Of a stretch of DNA of 64,000 bases, positions 61,201 to 64,000 are shown piece after piece (position 1 is the stretch's first letter; every line of letters begins with the position of its first letter). The stretch comes from Halocafeteria seosinensis (lineage: Eukaryota): the NCBI GenBank assembly GCA_001687465.1, contig LVLI01000536.1, positions 1-64,000 of the forward strand, written 5' to 3'. Under the pieces are notes generated by a model. It did no database searches. It was not told the origin of the DNA and worked only from the letters and a program-made list of their open reading frames with translations. A program made the translations under genes and the position numbers.

Positions 61201-64000
61201 GTTATATTGACAATGCATGCTGCCTGTCTCATGTTTGGAGTTAAGCCAGTGATGAGAAAAGACCCCGATCAGATGGGGAAGAAGATCAAAGATTACTGGG
61301 AGGCTGCCAAGACGACGCTTCTGAAGGACGCTAACAAGTTTTTGAAAGACTTGCTCGAATACGAGAAAGATGCGATCCCCGAGAGTACCATTAAGGAGAT
61401 TGAATCATTCATGAACAATCCTGAATTCACTCCGAAGGAAGTTGATAAATCGAGCAAGGCTTGCTCTGGTGTGTGTATGTGGGTGCGAGCCATGTACAAC
61501 TATCACACGATTGCGAAGCAGGTAGAACCAAAGAAGAAGCGTCTTGCGGAAGCCCAAGCTGAACTCGACAAGACAACTGCGAAACTCAATGAGGCAAAGC
61601 AGCGTCTGAAGGAAACTGAAGACAAAGTAGCTGAATTGGAGGAGAAGTTTGATGCTGCGAAGAAGCGGAAGGAAGACTTGGGGCAACAGGTCGAACAATG
61701 TCAGGCGCGCCTCGCCAGGGCCGAAAAGCTGATTGGTGGGCTTGGCGGCGAGAAACAACGCTGGACTGAGACGGTTGCTCAGTTGAATGAAGATTATAAA
61801 CATCTCGTCGGAGATGCACTTGTATCCTCTGGGACAATTGCGTACCTGGGACCATTCACGTCGGAATTTAGGCATCGACTTGTTGAGCAATGGCAAGAAG
61901 AACTTGCTCGCCTGGAAGTACCACACACCGAGGGATGCGATGTGCAAAAAACCTTGGCAGAACCTGTTCGCATCCGGGCGTGGAATATTGCGGGTCTACC
62001 TGCAGATAGTCACTCCGTGGAAAACGGTATAATCATGTGGAATGCTCGACGATGGCCACTACTTATCGATCCGCAAGGCCAAGCGAATCGCTATATCAAG
62101 AACATGGGGAAAGATAAGGAAAATGCTCCGAACGATATGGATGTTGTAAGGTTGGATGAAAAGAAGTTCCTTCAGAACCTCGAAAATGGCATCCGTTTTG
62201 GGAAATGGATTCTTCTCGAGAATATCGGAGAGAGTCTGGATGCTACCATTGAGCCTGTGCTACAGCAGCAGAAATTCAAGCAAAGCGGGACCGAGATGAT
62301 AAAATTGGGAGATAGCGTGATCCCTTACAACGACGATTTCAGGTTCTTCATAACCACTAAGCTTCCTAACCCGCATTATCCTCCTGAAGTGGCAGTGAAG
62401 GTATCGCTACTGAATTTCACGATTACCCCTCAGGGTCTCGAGGACCAAATGTTGGGTGTTTTCATCGTAAATGAGCTGCCAGAACTGGAAGAACGCAAGA
62501 ATACCCTTACTCTAGAAAACGCTCGCATGAGACGGGAACTTAAAGAAATTGAGGACAAGATCTTGCATCTACTTAGTACTTCTGAAGGGAATATTTTGGA
62601 CGACGAAGAGCTCATCGAGACTCTGTCCAAATCGAAGGTTACTTCCGAAGACATCAAGACTCAAGTTAAGGCCGCTGAGGAGACGGAGAAGGAGATTGAT
62701 GACACACGTGAGAAGTACCGCCCTGTCGCATTCCGCGCTTCCGTTCTGTATTTCTGTATCTCGGACCTGGCGGGTGTAGACCCAATGTACCAGTATTCTC
62801 TTCCGTGGTTTACAAACTTATTCGTGAACGGTATTCGCAACTCTGAACAGTCTGAGGAAGTTGAGAAGCGTATTGAAAGCCTGAACTCGTTTTTCACATA
62901 CTTGATGTACAAAAACGTGTGTCGCTCCCTGTTCGAGCGGCATAAATTGTTGTTTTCATTTTTGATGACCATTCGAATACTTCAAGGGGAGAAAAAGGTG
63001 GATTCAACCGAATGGCAATTCCTTATCTCCGGAAGGGGAGGTGGTAACCCCCCGGATGAAGAAAACCCGGACCCCTCTTGGATTACTAACCGCATTTGGA
63101 CGGAAGTGTGCAACTTATCCACTGTTCCCTTCTTTGAAGGCCTGCTCACCGCATTTCAAGAACAGACCTCTCAGTTCCAGGAAATGTTTGATGCGTCTGA
63201 GACACAAGAAATGTCCATGCCTGATGCGTTCGAGCGAAAGAACCCGAATGGCATCGAGCGTATGTGCCTTCTACGTGCGCTTCGACCGGATCAGATGACA
63301 CAAGCGGTACAAGATTTCGTGGAGCAGCAACTCGGACGGCGCTATATTGAACCTCCCCCCTTCGATTTGAACTCCTGTTTCGAAGATTCGACGGTCACTA
63401 CGCCTCTCATTTTTGTCCTCAGCACCGGCTCAGATCCGACGACAGCATTTTACAACTTTGCCGAGTCTGTAGGGATGAAGAGTAAGGTCGAAGGTATTTC
63501 TCTTGGGCAGGGACAAGGGCCTAAGGCCGCAACCCTTATTGAGCGTGCTCAGACGGAGGGTCAGTGGGTATTACTCCAAAATTGTCATCTTGCTGCATCT
63601 TGGATGCCTGAATTGGAACGTATTTGTGAGAATATCGATCCAGAGAGAGTGTCGAGTGATTTCCGTTTGTGGCTCACGTCAATGCCTTCGAAGGCTTTCC
63701 CTGTCTCTGTCCTGCAGAATGGTATCAAAATGACCAACGAACCGCCAAAGGGTCTTCGGCAGAATCTGCGAAACTTTTTTTACGGTCTAGATGATGAACA
63801 ACTTAGTATCACAAATAATCCCTACGCGTACCGGAAATTGTTATTCGGGCTTGCTTTCTTCCATGCGATTGTGCAAGAGAGGAAGAAATTCGGTCCGCTT
63901 GGATGGAACAAGCCATATGAATTTAACGCTAGTGACCTCGAGATCTCGAAGAAGCAGTTGGAAAAGTACATTGATGAGTATGAAGAGATCCCCTATCGTG
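52225..64000 (+). CDS. DNAH1: Axonemal inner-arm dynein heavy chain (DNAH1-like), 3'-partial
   Basis: Frame +1 opens at ATG 52225 and is still in frame at the window end. The ORF track omits it, consistent with no stop before the window end. N-terminal PRKIEVERKKRYY; P-loops GPAGTGKT (~57127), GPTGGGKS (~57970), GDTGTGKT (~59080) and GVGGSGRQS (~60121); stalk coiled coils; SLGQGQG. Confidence 0.93.
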   Translation, partial: MASNGSGRHPQRGVYSDFSQSASPQGVRGPAEHIIEKRQVMPLGSSQQQYLNGGTRSSPTRNLHPAAEVPVDKRLAPKVFVPHERRAGQAPRKIEVERKKRYYAKQNIEELLRQHGIDFSQPNAGQELQVNLGNMTDGTDSKSASEDGAQGLPSFAHLLPLEAFDNAEYEERTPEDWIAMGKDDDGNQQGVPAKALRIYDPEEGTGRWEPVDVVDYDVNSDKFTVRWKSSDRSKGKRRNASERKLQESEKGSYQESEKGSYEDFSQIERLYICFAAENPFNFARRVADAFEARKEAERRLRYNLYVDCMPADDVPGLDAEQINRILTNATATRSLQSVGVDATSLVNEVNIDFQRTMNKILFDSACEEKQNQGLMPLVRPPKDTSSSGAQRSVPVQGVVPIPQHNFADHFSNFSFHTHFTLRETIRSMVKLSSENARIREAAAGTAVVPHDSVGVLPHDITLPNQGAVERWKKSSLTLGSSVFESTNISNTHSFLVFGSSTPMKLEDFTQTQSQAATSFATMLREQYVANVRTHLRHELEGLGKGWYNLKEKSKEIYDFSKLKRLLTMVNFRMQDTLRSAAIDTLHGYVNFMTMMAEGQFEVKQPNNVSIDYSKTCLGTAEKRKQKAPLFSVDMLIVEREKQETGEEKKAADGENDGENSKEEGKDKENEKPHAEQKQKQKEQEKGHDERQRRKSSEEDEEAEEEVETEYRIEFATEIDRFLSAPCDALENNLSATRGLITVERKLMDRLFWSHDPTLGGIYFEEQWVEDLYYKLNAALRPHKAIMEKYRATFEKYKNFLQFDMEDFMDEIREKMETNFNLSSLKQMIKKHREDAVSVGNEIPKSIDLGLFRVVTSEVRNFLIQKHEEVSNRILEYIAEYATDTSNEIIQSFKDMDKALSVFPKDIEQLTDIKEYMKGVPEKTRELQKKIDANAMCYQTLEEFRYPLEKEKVELRWQAASGPKSIYERMESVSETLETEKQRYLQEMTSEQEDFEETLNTLRGEVLNLSSYTELDKVNEVSNHVASLKKQIEEAKEKAALFNHREQLFGKPVTEYERLTEISKSFEPYCTLWETVANWMKWHKSWMNDPFLSLDPEQMEKQHSQCEKNMHRSVKAFERMGIKPCLDIAQEIKKQVEDFKPSIPLVQGLRNPGMRERHWEALSEAVGFKVEPDEKFTLHDVFDLGLQDHVETITKIGERAGKEYQIEKALDKMESEWQDVNLDVVPYRNTGTYILRGVDELQALLDEHITMTSAMAFSAFKKPFAERIDKWQSTLNTVSDVLDEWIKVQRSWLYLQPIFDSEDIQKQLPKEYKRFSTVDKNWRATLSSAKANSKAIKFCNNAKLLEKFQESNTFLELVQKELSDYLETKRAAFARFYFLSNDELLDILSSTKDPRAVQGHLKKCFEGLNKVEFTEDNLIIKFMSEQGEKIDCVSSVDPKDKNVEVWMNEVEAQMRESIKHVLWRAICDYTERPRNDWIQKWPAQCVLNGSQLHWTREVEEGIQEAGAAGVKQCYDRQLEQLQDMVKLVRGRLDKLTRTQIGALAVLDVHARDVTKKLVEAEVGEMNDFDWISQMRYYWTEGEEEGDMRVQMLSADRPYGYEYLGNTGRLVITPLTDKCYLTLMGAVQMNLGGAPAGPAGTGKTETVKDLAKAIARQCVVFNCSDGLDYMAMGKFFKGLAACGAWACFDEFNRIDVEVLSVVAQQLMTLQNAVEQGLTQIIFGDSEIKVDAQYGAFITMNPGYAGRTELPDNLKALFRPVAMMVPDYALIAEIMLFSFGFDKAMDCARKMVATFKLCSEQLSAQDHYDYGMRAVNTVITAAGNLKRQDPEMDEDVLVYRAIQDVNLPKFLAHDIPLFQGILSDLFPGIERPTIDYGDLMQSLTYCTEQRELQPVPIFLTKCLQLYETIIVRHGLMVVGPTGGGKSSIINVLSDALSLMAEKSKSGPMVHNVQKYFLNPKSITMGQLYGEFDPNTHEWSDGILAGLVRKCADSDSPNLKWLIFDGPVDALWIENMNTVLDDNKKLCLVSGEIIKLSSTMEVMFEVEDLSVASPATVSRCGMVYTEPSSMGLSPLIQSWLESLPKFVTSKMKAELQTLFDQFLPGTLYFLRRYLIEPVPTVDNQLLHSLMHLLDCQFEPFVEKEGRDPPTKKQLDALEESLPALFMFSFVWSVGASTDNNGRERLDAFIRATMDQYQFKFPFPKEGSIYDYCWECPQSMFDIFRRNGQDPPETAEECKGKWVPWLETAPEYQFPNKPSFEELIIPTKDTIRYKALGRALVTNGYYTMMTGDTGTGKTVNIMDLLTKDLPESYVPLTISFSAQTSANQTQDLIDSKCEKRQRGIYGPTVGTYYVLFVDDFNMPQREKYFAQPPIELLRQWCDYRGWFDRKERTFRKIVDTILVAAMGPPGGGRNPVTPRMIRHFNLVNYTPMDNDSMFKIFNTILKNFLKNFAEPIADIGDSLTQATIDVYTTIAAELLPTPTKPHYMFNLRDLGKVFQGLLMANPSKMEEADEFLRLWVHESRRVFKDRLINDEDGSWFDNLLETQLNKYAEQSFQKIGVGKRLIFGDYMVPGADPKVYEEVRDMDKIVPTIEEYLQDYNAESKTPMKLVMFIDAIEHVSRISRILRQPQGNALLLGVGGSGRQSLSRLATFMADYNIFQIEVSKGYGKNEWKEDIKSCLMKAGVEQKQIVFLFNDTQIVFEGMIEDINSILNSGDVPNLYSTEDMDTIIQACRRECVSRRIAPTKINIFSQYLRRVRANIHVVVCMSPMGEAFRDRLRMFPALVNCCTIDWFSEWPDEALRSVAHSQLEDMNLNLGDHTASCVEFFRVVHQSVTEASKEYYETLRRYNYVTPTSYLELLSTFGSVLQRKRNEVDTLRQRLQTGLDKLVSTQQTVEQLQEELTEMEPQLKETQKEVDEMIVQIDKDKADAAETKEVVEKEEQQASKMAEETKAIADDAQADLDKALPALDEAVKCLKDLKKNDIDELKSLKQAPKGVILTMHAACLMFGVKPVMRKDPDQMGKKIKDYWEAAKTTLLKDANKFLKDLLEYEKDAIPESTIKEIESFMNNPEFTPKEVDKSSKACSGVCMWVRAMYNYHTIAKQVEPKKKRLAEAQAELDKTTAKLNEAKQRLKETEDKVAELEEKFDAAKKRKEDLGQQVEQCQARLARAEKLIGGLGGEKQRWTETVAQLNEDYKHLVGDALVSSGTIAYLGPFTSEFRHRLVEQWQEELARLEVPHTEGCDVQKTLAEPVRIRAWNIAGLPADSHSVENGIIMWNARRWPLLIDPQGQANRYIKNMGKDKENAPNDMDVVRLDEKKFLQNLENGIRFGKWILLENIGESLDATIEPVLQQQKFKQSGTEMIKLGDSVIPYNDDFRFFITTKLPNPHYPPEVAVKVSLLNFTITPQGLEDQMLGVFIVNELPELEERKNTLTLENARMRRELKEIEDKILHLLSTSEGNILDDEELIETLSKSKVTSEDIKTQVKAAEETEKEIDDTREKYRPVAFRASVLYFCISDLAGVDPMYQYSLPWFTNLFVNGIRNSEQSEEVEKRIESLNSFFTYLMYKNVCRSLFERHKLLFSFLMTIRILQGEKKVDSTEWQFLISGRGGGNPPDEENPDPSWITNRIWTEVCNLSTVPFFEGLLTAFQEQTSQFQEMFDASETQEMSMPDAFERKNPNGIERMCLLRALRPDQMTQAVQDFVEQQLGRRYIEPPPFDLNSCFEDSTVTTPLIFVLSTGSDPTTAFYNFAESVGMKSKVEGISLGQGQGPKAATLIERAQTEGQWVLLQNCHLAASWMPELERICENIDPERVSSDFRLWLTSMPSKAFPVSVLQNGIKMTNEPPKGLRQNLRNFFYGLDDEQLSITNNPYAYRKLLFGLAFFHAIVQERKKFGPLGWNKPYEFNASDLEISKKQLEKYIDEYEEIPYR
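52960..53007 (+). repeat. Perfect in-frame 24-nt tandem duplication in the dynein tail (QESEKGSY x2)
   Basis: CAAGAGTCCGAGAAGGGATCATAT at 52960-52983 and 52984-53007. Confidence 0.95.

Overview
Gene-dense nuclear DNA from a flagellated unicellular eukaryote. It uses the standard code and has short GT-AG introns, mostly about 60-110 nt. A stramenopile-like origin is my inference, not established. Bases ~8,300-64,000 are mainly housekeeping and flagellar genes: RRP42/EXOSC7, an LRR plus XK-like membrane protein, an SLC35G/EamA transporter, RPN12, a Vma22/CCDC115-like protein, a PPR protein, an IQ-motif protein, a GT8 glycosyltransferase, NAD+ synthetase, a MAPEG protein, DNAJC7, PUS10, a calmodulin-like protein, a large mosaic surface protein, prohibitin, and an axonemal dynein heavy chain whose ~11.8 kb uninterrupted frame runs off the window. 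The first ~8 kb is an accessory or decaying zone. It holds an AT-rich block of compact, virus-like minus-strand genes that share a 14-nt upstream motif (possible edge of an endogenous DNA virus or Polinton-like element), a membrane-anchored P-loop ATPase bracketed by an 18-nt direct repeat, an LRR pseudogene, and a histidine phosphatase with a decayed local duplicate. Other points of interest are a recurring (A)TGGCACGG/CCGTGCC(AT) palindromic element upstream of several genes, a long structured prohibitin intron, and an in-frame TGA inside a hairpin in the likely first exon of the MAPEG gene. All calls were made by eye without database searches, and exon boundaries are approximate.
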